Source of the DNA: Candidatus Omnitrophota bacterium
GTDB taxonomy: Bacteria; Omnitrophota; Gorgyraeia; JAFGHF01
Assembly (NCBI GenBank): GCA_042571705.1
Contig: JBHPFV010000007.1
Location: 1 to 59,097 of the forward strand
Direction: 5' to 3'
Length of the DNA stretch: 59,097 bases
Shown one piece after another: positions 39,475-48,665 of this stretch; the stretch's first letter is position 1; each line of letters starts with the position of its first letter. The position numbers were made by a program, and so were the translations under genes. Below the pieces are notes generated by a model. The model was not told where the DNA came from, made no database searches, and worked only from the letters and a program-made list of their open reading frames with translations.

Positions 39475-42081
39475 ATGGGACAAACAACAAAAAAGAAGTG
39501 TCTAGTCAGTATATCTATCGCCGTCCTGACCGCATCAATAATCACCATGATTGCTCTTCTGCTTCCCAATTTCTACAATTCATTCGAGTCAAAAACCATT
39601 GATTTAAGATTCCAGCTGCGTGGACCAATCCCACAAAGAGAAGATATCTTATTCGTGGAAATGGATGAACGAGCCGTTGAAGATCTGGGCCGCTGGCCCT
39701 GGCCGCGGGATATGTTCGCTCATATTATCGATACGCTTAACGCCTTAAAGGCAAAGACAATTCTCTTTGATGTCACCTTTGCTGAACCTACACAACTTAT
39801 CGTTGATAGAGAAAAATTAAGCGCTGGTTTAAGGCTCAAAGAAAATAAAAAAATTATCCAGAATTTCATTGCCGCTACAGATGAAGCATTTACTCAAGGT
39901 ACAGTTACTCCGGCTGAGGCCAAGGATTCCCTAAACCAAATTAATCAAGGCATTGAATTGTGGGCAACAGAAATACAAAACACATTTTATGAAACCATCA
40001 AAGACAATGATCTGATCTTAGCCGAAGCAATTAAAAAAGCTCAAAATGTATATCTTGGTTATCAACTGGAAGTAATCCATACCCCTAAAGACATAATTAG
40101 AAATGATGCCTACCTGGAATTGAAAAAACAACTTATTGGCTGGGCCGGAAAAAATCCCCATGGAAGTTTTAAACAGCTGCCTTCTTCTTTAAAAAATACT
40201 CCATTTAGCCCTAAAGAAATGGGCCTTTTTTTGAAAAGGGCTCAGATCCAGGCTTTATTAGATAAAAACCTGGAACTAAACTTAGAAGATGTCGCTGGCG
40301 CGCTAGGAGAAAGCAACCCCAGTAATCTACGCACCAACTACAATGATGTTAAAAGTTCGCTATTCAGAGAGCGATTAGAAGAATTGGCTCAACATAAACC
40401 GGAAATCTCTTTTAGGGAATTGGTCTGGGCTTTAGGGTTATTTAAAAATTCGGATATAGAACTACTCAAAGAAGAATATCAATCCTATATACTTGAACAT
40501 TTCTTTTCAGAAAAAATAGGTATAGATTATTTCGGCGAAGAAAATCTTTTGCCGGCGATAAAGATCTCACCTCCCATACTCCCCCTGGCCAAAGCAGTAA
40601 AGGGCGCAGGATTCCTAAATGCCATACCGGATCAGGACGGCACAATAAGAAAGATCCCTCTTGTGGTGCGTTACAAAGATAAAATCTATGCCCATATCGC
40701 GCTCAGAACTGTCCTTGATCAGCAGGGCATCGACTCTCAGTCACAGCTGAAAATTACTCCGCAGTTTTTAGAGCTCCCGGGAAGGCGCATTCCCATTGAC
40801 GAGAATGGATTTCTTTTTGTAAACTGGGCGGATAAATGGCAGGATTCTTTTGCCCATCTCTCTTGTAGCGAAGTGTACAGACTTTGGCAGTTAAAAAGAA
40901 ATGTAGCGCAAAATTTAAAATTATCCAAGGAAGAATTAGAAGCGGCAAACCTAACCGAGACATTGGCTGAGGATACAAATAAACTCAAAGAAGCCGATCA
41001 GAAACTAGGGCGCCTGGTCAAAGATAAGATCTGTATCATCGGCCTGACTGCCCCGGGGACACACGACTACTCCCCGATCCCCTTACAGCCGGATTATCCA
41101 GCGGTCGGCACCCATGCCAATGTGCTCAATACTATACTAGAAAACAACTATCTTTATAAAGCAGGCTTACCGATTAACTTGACAACAATATTCATCTTAG
41201 CCATAATCACCGGTATCTCCGTAGCCTTACTTTCTCCAATGTATAGTTTTATCTTTAATTTCTTGATCTTCAGTATCTACTCGCTTTTGTGTATCTTTCT
41301 GTTTAAAGAAAGAGGCCTTTGGATAGATATGGTCGGTCCTTTGGGCACAGTGATCTTAAGCTATCTGGGAATTGTCAGCTACAACTTCACCTCTGAAGAA
41401 AAAGAAAAGAAATGGATCAGAAAGGCCTTTGGACATTATGTCTCTAAGAATGTCATGGAGGAGATCCTTAAAGACCCGGCCAAGTTAAAATTGGGCGGAG
41501 AAAGAAAGGAGCTCAGCGTCCTTTTTTCGGATATCCGCAGTTTTACCACTTATTCTGAAAACCACCAGCCCGAAGAAGTAGTCGGTATCTTAAACGAATA
41601 TTTAGATACGATGACCAAGGTAATCTTAAAACACAACGGTACTCTGGATAAATACGTCGGTGATGAGATCGTGGCTGTTTTTGGCGCCCCGTCGGCCAGC
41701 GTAGAAACCGACCACGCTCAGCGGGCGGTAGCAGCCGCGGTGGATATGCTTAAAGAATTAAAACAGCTGCAGGAAAAATGGCACAGCGAAGGCAAACAGC
41801 CGCTCGATATCGGGATCGGCATCAACACCGGACCAATGCTGGTAGGAAACATCGGTTCCACCGAAAGAATGGATTATACTGTTATTGGTGACGCGGTCAA
41901 TTTAGGCTCCAGGATCGAGGGCTTGACCCGAGAATATAAGAACCATCTGATTATCAGCGAATTTACCTATGCCTACGTCAAGGATATGGTCGAGGCCAAA
42001 CAGCTCGAAGCGGTCAAGGTAAAAGGTAAACAAAAACCAGTGATGATCTATGAGGTGTTAAACCTAAAAGAAAGAGGCTAA
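39475..42081 (+). CDS. CHASE2-domain class III adenylate cyclase
   Basis: GRWPWPR, D.DGTIRK, GTHANVLNTIL, 3 TMs, LFSDIRSFT, DKYVGDE (Lys), DYTVIGDAVNLGSRIE (Asp), consistent with ATP specificity. Confidence 0.93.
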   Translation: MGQTTKKKCLVSISIAVLTASIITMIALLLPNFYNSFESKTIDLRFQLRGPIPQREDILFVEMDERAVEDLGRWPWPRDMFAHIIDTLNALKAKTILFDVTFAEPTQLIVDREKLSAGLRLKENKKIIQNFIAATDEAFTQGTVTPAEAKDSLNQINQGIELWATEIQNTFYETIKDNDLILAEAIKKAQNVYLGYQLEVIHTPKDIIRNDAYLELKKQLIGWAGKNPHGSFKQLPSSLKNTPFSPKEMGLFLKRAQIQALLDKNLELNLEDVAGALGESNPSNLRTNYNDVKSSLFRERLEELAQHKPEISFRELVWALGLFKNSDIELLKEEYQSYILEHFFSEKIGIDYFGEENLLPAIKISPPILPLAKAVKGAGFLNAIPDQDGTIRKIPLVVRYKDKIYAHIALRTVLDQQGIDSQSQLKITPQFLELPGRRIPIDENGFLFVNWADKWQDSFAHLSCSEVYRLWQLKRNVAQNLKLSKEELEAANLTETLAEDTNKLKEADQKLGRLVKDKICIIGLTAPGTHDYSPIPLQPDYPAVGTHANVLNTILENNYLYKAGLPINLTTIFILAIITGISVALLSPMYSFIFNFLIFSIYSLLCIFLFKERGLWIDMVGPLGTVILSYLGIVSYNFTSEEKEKKWIRKAFGHYVSKNVMEEILKDPAKLKLGGERKELSVLFSDIRSFTTYSENHQPEEVVGILNEYLDTMTKVILKHNGTLDKYVGDEIVAVFGAPSASVETDHAQRAVAAAVDMLKELKQLQEKWHSEGKQPLDIGIGINTGPMLVGNIGSTERMDYTVIGDAVNLGSRIEGLTREYKNHLIISEFTYAYVKDMVEAKQLEAVKVKGKQKPVMIYEVLNLKERG

Positions 42082-42083
42082 AA

Positions 42084-42617
42084 ATGCTTAAGGCTAAAAC
42101 GCTAATTTGGTTGTTTGTAATCTTATTCAATGTCAGCGCCGCGCCATCAGGCCTGGCCGAGGAACAGGTTTGTGGAGAGAAAACTTACATAGAAGTTAAC
42201 GACGATAACTATAAGTCTGAAGTGCTTGAATCTACTCAAGCCCTGATTGTCTTCTTTTATGCTGCTTGGTGTCCTTACTCAGACTCATTGCTTCCGATCT
42301 ATAAGCAAATAGAAAATAGCTATTCTAGGCAAGTGAAATTCTGCCGTTTTTTATTAGGCGATGAATACAAAGATTTTTCCAGTCCGGAAGGTAAAGCGCT
42401 TTGGGCGAGACTTAAGGAAAATTACGGCGTCAACATGCTCCCGACATTGGCCATGTTTAACGAAGGAAAAGAATTGGATAGGATGCGCGGCCGGCCGGAA
42501 AAAGAATTGGTCAGCGGTTACGCTGAGTTCTTAAAAAAATGGATCGATTCCAACCTGATCGACCCTCAAGAAAATCCCTACCTTTTTGAAAGCACTTTGA
42601 TGCTTCGCAAAAAATAG
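42084..42617 (+). CDS. Exported thioredoxin-fold protein with a CxxS site
   Basis: Signal peptide; FYAAWCPYS; YGVNMLPT cis-Pro. Confidence 0.8.
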   Translation: MLKAKTLIWLFVILFNVSAAPSGLAEEQVCGEKTYIEVNDDNYKSEVLESTQALIVFFYAAWCPYSDSLLPIYKQIENSYSRQVKFCRFLLGDEYKDFSSPEGKALWARLKENYGVNMLPTLAMFNEGKELDRMRGRPEKELVSGYAEFLKKWIDSNLIDPQENPYLFESTLMLRKK

Positions 42618-42625
42618 CAAAGCGA

Positions 42626-43942
42626 CTAATTAAACTGCAAGTTTATGGTTTCTTGGTCTACTTCCCCGTGAGGATCACTAACGGTAATCGTCAGGGCCTC
42701 AGCAGTAGAATTGGAGATTGTGAATTGGCCTTGGCCATTAGCCATCTGAGCGCCTGGCGAGGATAGAGTAAAGCTATTATCAGCCACTGCCTCATTAACA
42801 TCGAGATCAAACTGGGCGTTGACAAATTGCGCTATCCTGCCTGAGGTACAGCGGGTTGTAATTGTAACAGTAACAGAAGTATTCACGCCGGCTGGATTGT
42901 TGGTTGCAGATAGCTCAATGCTCAAGGGCACATAAGGCACTGAGTAATCCGGGCTCCTGGTATCGCGCTCGATCTCGTTGCCGGCTAAATCCTTTAAGTC
43001 TCTGACCTCCACATACATCTCGGTATAAGAACGCAACAGATCATCTAGCTCCAAGATTACTCTATCGCCATGAAACTCGACACTCCGGGGGGTTTGCTGA
43101 TCACCAGAGAACACTTCGTAATTGCTGGTGTCGGTGGCCGCCCCATCATCGAGCTCCTCGCTAAAGGTCATTTCCACAAAGGCCAGCGTCTCCATCTTGA
43201 TATCTATGATCTGAGGAGGTTCTTGATCAGGGATACTAAACGTGATGCTGGCCTCTATTGGCTTAAAAGCCCCTTGAGGATCGATTAGCTGCAGCAGAAG
43301 CTCTTCTTCCTCCTCAGAATTTGTAATCGAAAAACTTGCCTCACCCTCCGATATATCTAACTTTTGAGGATTCAAGGTAAAACTCTTATCTGACAGGCCC
43401 AATTCCTCAACCGTGATGTTTAAGCCCCGCTGGTTATAATCAATAGCTAGATTGCCCTCTTTATCCAAGACCAGGACAGTAGCTTTCTGTGGTTCATTGA
43501 CATTGCCCCGGGAAACCAAATCTATTTCCAAATGATCGGGAACAGATTTTTCTTTGAAGGTTATCCTGGCCGGAAACGGACTTTTATTCTTTCCTGAAAC
43601 AATGCTCAATTCCAGCGTTTCCAGCTCGGAATCTTCGATAAAGAAAAAGGCCCTACCCTTTTTAAACTCTAACTCCTCAGGCAAACTGTTAAAGCTCTTA
43701 GCCCGCTTGCCCCCAATTTCTTTGACACCAATGCTGACTTTTTTCAAACCCTCAAAACTTTCATCAATTAAACCATAGGAATCCAGGGAAAAGACAGCCA
43801 CCTCTTTGGGGCTGTTACGAATTCCGGCCTGATCCAATTTTATAAAAAACTGGGTTGCCTGCCCTGGGAGCTGTTCCTCGGCAAAGGAGGGATTAAACAC
43901 ACCAAGAATGATCCCCGCGGAGAAAAGAAAAATTTTCCACAT
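42626..43942 (-). CDS. Secreted Ig-like (SbsA-like) protein, paralogous to the giant protein C-terminus
   Basis: Signal peptide MWKIFLF..SFA; DQEPPQI..MTFSEELD..SNY..DLAGN; start at ATG 43942. Confidence 0.72.
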   Translation of the reverse strand: MWKIFLFSAGIILGVFNPSFAEEQLPGQATQFFIKLDQAGIRNSPKEVAVFSLDSYGLIDESFEGLKKVSIGVKEIGGKRAKSFNSLPEELEFKKGRAFFFIEDSELETLELSIVSGKNKSPFPARITFKEKSVPDHLEIDLVSRGNVNEPQKATVLVLDKEGNLAIDYNQRGLNITVEELGLSDKSFTLNPQKLDISEGEASFSITNSEEEEELLLQLIDPQGAFKPIEASITFSIPDQEPPQIIDIKMETLAFVEMTFSEELDDGAATDTSNYEVFSGDQQTPRSVEFHGDRVILELDDLLRSYTEMYVEVRDLKDLAGNEIERDTRSPDYSVPYVPLSIELSATNNPAGVNTSVTVTITTRCTSGRIAQFVNAQFDLDVNEAVADNSFTLSSPGAQMANGQGQFTISNSTAEALTITVSDPHGEVDQETINLQFN

Positions 43943-43947
43943 TTTAA

Positions 43948-44169
43948 TTAGACGTTCCACCATAACCAACCCCTATTTTTTAAAGAACATGCTCCGTTGA
44001 TCTTGCCCTCTAAGCGCAGACTGTTTAATGTCCGGCTGGTAGAATCCGGGCACTGCAGATCCTTGGCCAAGGCCTCTAACTCGACCTGACGGGTAGAGAG
44101 CCGCCCCTTGCTCTTCAATAAATCTATGATGAAATCCTCTGCTTCTTTTTTAGACAGGATGCGCAACAT
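43948..44169 (-). CDS. Small hypothetical winged-helix-like protein
   Basis: LSTRQVE..CPD..TLNSLRLEGKI..GWLWW; tightly packed in the operon. Confidence 0.55.
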   Translation of the reverse strand: MLRILSKKEAEDFIIDLLKSKGRLSTRQVELEALAKDLQCPDSTSRTLNSLRLEGKINGACSLKNRGWLWWNV

Positions 44170-44177
44170 AAAGCTTC

Positions 44178-45449
44178 TTAGCCGCTCAGTTTCTTTAGAG
44201 CTAGAAGGACTGCGTCTATCTCTGCTTCTGTATTATATAAATGAAGGCTGATCCTCACATTTCCTCCATAATTATCTAAGATATTTAAGAACCGCATTGC
44301 CGGTATACAGCAGTGATGTCCGGCCCGAGTCAATATCTTCCACTGCTCATCTAAAGTTAGGCTGATATCGTGACTGAGCCAGTCTTTGAGGTTAAAACTG
44401 ACAATACCGCATCTGTTCTCTACCCCTTGCGGCCCATAGATTTCTATATTATCAATACTTTTGAGCCCCGCTAAGAGCTGATCTAATAAAGATAATTCAT
44501 GCTCTCTTATTTTTTCCATACCTAAATTATTTGCTAAAAATTCAGCGGCAGTCCCCAGGCCAATTACTCCGGGGATATAAGGCGTGCCGCCATCAAACAG
44601 CCGCTGGTCATTTTTAAGTTTGTAGTCTCTTAAGGTTACGTCCAGAATAGTCCCGCCTCCCAGATGGAATGGATGAAAACGCTCAAGAAGTTCTTTCCTG
44701 ACGACCAGGGCACCGGTACCCTTTGGACCTAGCGGACCTTTATGTCCGGAAAATCCATAAAAATCGCACCCTAATTCACTGAAATCCACCGGCAGATGGC
44801 CAACCGCCTGAGCGCCATCAACAAATATCAGCGCCCGGGGATTGATTTGTTTAATCGTATCGACTATTTGCTTGACTGGTTGTACCGTGCCTATTGAATT
44901 AGAGACATGCTGAAAGGCTACAAATACGGTGTTTTTATCGACCTGGGATCTGAAGGCCTCAGGGCTGAGCAATCCTTCCTCATTAGGGCTAACAGTTCTA
45001 AATTCGACTCCTCGGGCCTTGGCCAGCCTAATCCAGGGCATCAGGTTTGAGTGATGCTCGATGGCCGTGGCCACAATGTTAGCCGACTGACCAATATCTA
45101 TTAACGGCGGGGCACAGCCAAAACCTCGCTCTGTGCGGTCAAGCAGCGGATGCTCTAAGGCAAAGGCAACCATATTGGCCGCCTCGGTGAAATTCCTGGT
45201 AAAGATTAACTCCCGGGGCTGGCAATTAACTAAGTATTTGGCTATTTTCTCACGGGCCAGATCGTACTCTTGAGTCGCTCTCTGGGCCAGACGATAGGCC
45301 CCTCTTTCGACATTTACGCAGTATTTTGTATAATAGGCATTCATGCTCTCGATAACTACTTGAGGAGTAAAGCTGGTAGCGCTATTATCAAAATAGATAT
45401 AATCCTTGAGCAATGGAAATTGCCCGCGCAGATCTTCCCGGGAAAACAT
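44178..45449 (-). CDS. Cysteine desulfurase, SufS/CsdA-like (class V aminotransferase)
   Basis: YFDNSAT, EHHSNLMPW, VDGAQ, SGHK (PLP Lys), RAGHHC. Confidence 0.9.
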   Translation of the reverse strand: MFSREDLRGQFPLLKDYIYFDNSATSFTPQVVIESMNAYYTKYCVNVERGAYRLAQRATQEYDLAREKIAKYLVNCQPRELIFTRNFTEAANMVAFALEHPLLDRTERGFGCAPPLIDIGQSANIVATAIEHHSNLMPWIRLAKARGVEFRTVSPNEEGLLSPEAFRSQVDKNTVFVAFQHVSNSIGTVQPVKQIVDTIKQINPRALIFVDGAQAVGHLPVDFSELGCDFYGFSGHKGPLGPKGTGALVVRKELLERFHPFHLGGGTILDVTLRDYKLKNDQRLFDGGTPYIPGVIGLGTAAEFLANNLGMEKIREHELSLLDQLLAGLKSIDNIEIYGPQGVENRCGIVSFNLKDWLSHDISLTLDEQWKILTRAGHHCCIPAMRFLNILDNYGGNVRISLHLYNTEAEIDAVLLALKKLSG

Positions 45450-45493
45450 CTTCTTCCTTGAATTTTTTGGATTATTTAGATCGTGAGGATTTT

Positions 45494-46258
45494 TTAACTG
45501 CCTTCGGCGATAGCAAGCTTGGACATGACTACAAGTTCAAGATATGAAAAATCAAAAGGTTTGAGCACATAGCCACAGGCCCCCAACTCCATTGCTTTTT
45601 TGACTTTTTCATCTTCCTGGTTTCCTGTAACCATTACCACTCCAAGTTTGGGGTCAATTTCTAAAAGTTTGGGCAGTGTGTCGATGCCGGTCATTACGGG
45701 CATATCAATATCCAGCAGAACCACTGAAAATTCTTGAGCCCGGGCTAACTCCAGGGCCTGTTCACCATTTTCCGCTTCCGATATCTTATAGTGCTTGGTC
45801 TCAAAGAACCCCTTTAAGACGCGGCGGATGTTTTCTTCATCATCAACAATTAGCATTAATTTTTCTTTTCTCGCTGCCGGCTCGGCAAAGATATTGTCTT
45901 TGGCCTTAACGATTTTGCCTATTTGTTCCGCAATTTGCGGGATACCGATATCTTTGCTCAAGACCTCGTTGGCCCCGGCGGCCATGGCCTCTTTTTCGAG
46001 TTCAGCTGAAAGGCTCGCTGAATAGATTACTATCGGCAGGTCTTTTTTGCTCTCTCTTACTTTTTTCAAAACAGAAATTCCCGCGCCCCCGCCCAAATTA
46101 ATATCCAGAAGGATCAGCTCAAACATCTCTTGGAAAATAATTGCCAGTGCCTGTTCAGCGCTGGGTACTGTTTTGACCTCATGCCCCTTGGCGCTGAGCG
46201 CGCTCTGGATCTGCTCCCTTAAGGCAACTTCATCATTGACAACAAGAATCTTGGCCAT
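45494..46258 (-). CDS. Tandem dual-receiver response regulator with no output domain
   Basis: Two REC domains (ILVVNDE..LLDINL; LMLIVDDE..LLDIDMP..KPF). Confidence 0.88.
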   Translation of the reverse strand: MAKILVVNDEVALREQIQSALSAKGHEVKTVPSAEQALAIIFQEMFELILLDINLGGGAGISVLKKVRESKKDLPIVIYSASLSAELEKEAMAAGANEVLSKDIGIPQIAEQIGKIVKAKDNIFAEPAARKEKLMLIVDDEENIRRVLKGFFETKHYKISEAENGEQALELARAQEFSVVLLDIDMPVMTGIDTLPKLLEIDPKLGVVMVTGNQEDEKVKKAMELGACGYVLKPFDFSYLELVVMSKLAIAEGS

Positions 46259-46273
46259 ATCGATACCTCATTA

Positions 46274-47656
46274 TTACTTAGTATAAATTGAAATCGTTAC
46301 CGGGCCGGCGGCCAATTTCTTCTTTTTTAAAGCTGTTCGGCCGAATTCAGAAATCCCCAACCCCATCGCTTTAATTCGTGACTTCAGCGCCGCTACTTCT
46401 GTTATTTGAATCGAAAACACTACCAGGCTTTTCGAATCATAGTCTATTTGTCCGCCCTTGCCCCTAATCGCATCCAATAACCTGACCTTTTGATCCTCCG
46501 CCGTAAGGCTAATATGCCAATGCAACGCCGAGGCATCCTTCTTTTCAAAATAGAGCGAGACATCATATTCTTGATCCGCAAGAATCGGCGCCGTGGAAGT
46601 GAGATTACGCAAACGCGAAGTGGCGGTATCGCCAGAAATAAGCAGAATCTCCTCAAGTGTATTTTCTATTTCAGCGCTCTCCAGGACAAAGTCATAAATA
46701 TCATTGGCCTGGTAATTAAATCTAGTGGCCGCGGAGACAAGTATCCTTCTGAGCTCACCCTTACGGCTGTCTTCTTTACGCTTAATCTCACGCAGGATAT
46801 TCTCGGTCCTGCTTTTTTCCGCTCTTGAACTCTTCAGCGCCGTTTCCGCTTGGGCCTTTAGTTTGATCTGACTTTGCAGTTTCTGGCTGGCCGCGGTCTT
46901 TGCTGTCTGCAGATCTGTCTTATCATCGCTGGAAAAAGAATTTATTTTGAAATCTAACCCCGCTATCTCTGTTTCCAAGCGCTCTATTGCGGACTGGTGC
47001 GTTTTTATTTCTTTGAGTTTTGTCTCTAGGGTGCTCTCTAATTGCAGGATTGTTTTTTCTGTTGCTGTTTGGCCTTTTTCGGCATATTGAAAATGCCAGT
47101 GTAAAGGTTGAGCTTCTTCAACCCGCTCAACAAAGAGTTCTTCCGGGATCGTTGTCACTGGGGCATCTTCCGCTCCATAAATCATCACCGCATCTTCGTT
47201 AGTGAAGCGTTTCTCTCTCTTGCGTTCACTCAGCGGTTCTTCTGCTTTAATCTCCTGCACCTGCGCAGGCGCATCCTTAATTTCCTGAACCCGGCCGCGG
47301 CCTTTAAGATACTTAATTCCGAAGAAAAGCATTGCCGCCAAGAGGACTGAAACAATAACTCTGAGAATCAGCTTTTCCGACAGCGCAAATTTTTTAGCTG
47401 TTTGAGCTTCCGGTTCGGGGGCTTGGGAAAGTTTAAACAGTATCGTCGAGGCTAAATCAGAGGGGACCTTGATATCGCCTAATTTCGATAATTGGTTAGA
47501 TAGGAAGTCGATTGAGCCGATGTACTCCTTACACTTTGCGCATTGGTCCAGATGGGCAACATAGGCTGTATATTCCTTTTCGGCGAGTAAATCTTGCTGG
47601 AAAGGCTTTAATCTTTTCCTGATATCGTCGCAATTTAGTATCAGATCATCCGCCAC
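46274..47656 (-). CDS. Anti-sigma-like protein (zf-HC2, TM, coiled coil, duplicated LHWH domain)
   Basis: C..HLDQCAKC; one TM; long coiled coil; overlaps the sigma gene. Confidence 0.65.
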   Translation of the reverse strand: MADDLILNCDDIRKRLKPFQQDLLAEKEYTAYVAHLDQCAKCKEYIGSIDFLSNQLSKLGDIKVPSDLASTILFKLSQAPEPEAQTAKKFALSEKLILRVIVSVLLAAMLFFGIKYLKGRGRVQEIKDAPAQVQEIKAEEPLSERKREKRFTNEDAVMIYGAEDAPVTTIPEELFVERVEEAQPLHWHFQYAEKGQTATEKTILQLESTLETKLKEIKTHQSAIERLETEIAGLDFKINSFSSDDKTDLQTAKTAASQKLQSQIKLKAQAETALKSSRAEKSRTENILREIKRKEDSRKGELRRILVSAATRFNYQANDIYDFVLESAEIENTLEEILLISGDTATSRLRNLTSTAPILADQEYDVSLYFEKKDASALHWHISLTAEDQKVRLLDAIRGKGGQIDYDSKSLVVFSIQITEVAALKSRIKAMGLGISEFGRTALKKKKLAAGPVTISIYTK

Positions 47657-48128
47657 GGCTTAATACTTCCTTTATTTGTTCTTTGAGCTGTTCCCGGGCC
47701 TTGAGTGTCTGAATTCGGGCCTCACTCTCAGAGATTCCCAGCACGGTGGAAATGCCTTTATAGGTAAGGTGGGCCTGGTCGCGTAAGAGGAGTACGGCCT
47801 TAATCTCAAAGGGAAGGGCTTGGAGGCTTAAGGTAATAATCTTAAAGAATGGCCGGCGTGCCGGAGAAATATGCTCAAGACTGGATTCATCAACAGACGG
47901 CATTGCTTTTACATCCCGGCTCTGATCAATAGCAACGCCAAGGACCCTGATCAGAAAAGCTTCCCCCTCTTCATATACAGAGGCGCTGCGCAGGGCCTTA
48001 ACAAAACTGGAAGCGGTGAGCTCATAGGTCTTGTTTTTATCATTTCCAATCATATAGAGGACCAGCGCGAAAACTCTTTGTTGATAACGCTCAATGAGAA
48101 ATTTTAAATGTGCTTCGTCTTGGCTCAT
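47646..48128 (-). CDS. Degenerate ECF sigma-70-like protein
   Basis: LIERYQQRVF (region 2-like), VLLLRD..LTYKGISTVLGIS..AREQLK (region 4). Confidence 0.7.
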   Translation of the reverse strand: MSQDEAHLKFLIERYQQRVFALVLYMIGNDKNKTYELTASSFVKALRSASVYEEGEAFLIRVLGVAIDQSRDVKAMPSVDESSLEHISPARRPFFKIITLSLQALPFEIKAVLLLRDQAHLTYKGISTVLGISESEARIQTLKAREQLKEQIKEVLSRGG

Positions 48129-48206
48129 CTATTTTATCCGTGCTGTTGCGATTTACTGTTTAGATCTTTCTTAATAGTTTACTCATTTACCAAGGATAAG
48201 TCAATC

Positions 48207-48665
48207 TTAAAAATTGTATTTTTCATTTTTTTTGTGGTGCCCTTCTTCCTCTTCCTCGAGCATCTGCATGTGCTGCCGTTGTTCTTGCTCCTGTTCTATG
48301 CGCAGCGCCTGCTCTTCTTCCTCCGTCATCATCATCTGGTGCTCTTCTTCCATCTGTTGTTGGCGCAGCCACTCTTCTTCCTCTTCCTCGAACATCTGCA
48401 TCTGGCGCAGCTGTTCTTGCTCCTGTTGTATCTGCATCGCCTGTTCTTCTTCTTCCGTCATCATTATCTGGTGCTCTTCTTCCATCTGTTGTTGGCGCAG
48501 CAACTCTTCTTCCTCTTCCTCGAACATCTGCATCTGGCGCAGCTGTTCTTGCTCCTGTTGTATCTGCATCGCCTGTTCTTCTTCCTCAAGTTGCTGTTGG
48601 CTTGCTGTCGCCGCACTAGATACGATAAGCACCAATATCAAGATCAACAATTTCCACATTTTCAT
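48207..48665 (-). CDS. Secreted E/Q/M-rich tandem-repeat protein
   Basis: Signal peptide MKMWKLLILILVLIVSSAATA; 44-aa repeats; overlaps the upstream stop (ATGA). Confidence 0.65.
   Translation of the reverse strand: MKMWKLLILILVLIVSSAATASQQQLEEEEQAMQIQQEQEQLRQMQMFEEEEEELLRQQQMEEEHQIMMTEEEEQAMQIQQEQEQLRQMQMFEEEEEEWLRQQQMEEEHQMMMTEEEEQALRIEQEQEQRQHMQMLEEEEEGHHKKNEKYNF
48244..48587 (-). repeat. 132-bp coding tandem repeat, ~2.6 copies
   Basis: Same block recurs at 48361 and 48493. Confidence 0.9.

Noticed and set aside
42267-42281. Possible selenocysteine in the thioredoxin CxxS site
   Set aside because: The codon is TCA (Ser), not TGA
48244-48587. Possible CRISPR array (also considered for 56430-56503)
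   Set aside because: Contiguous in-frame tandem repeats without unique spacers; no cas genes in the window
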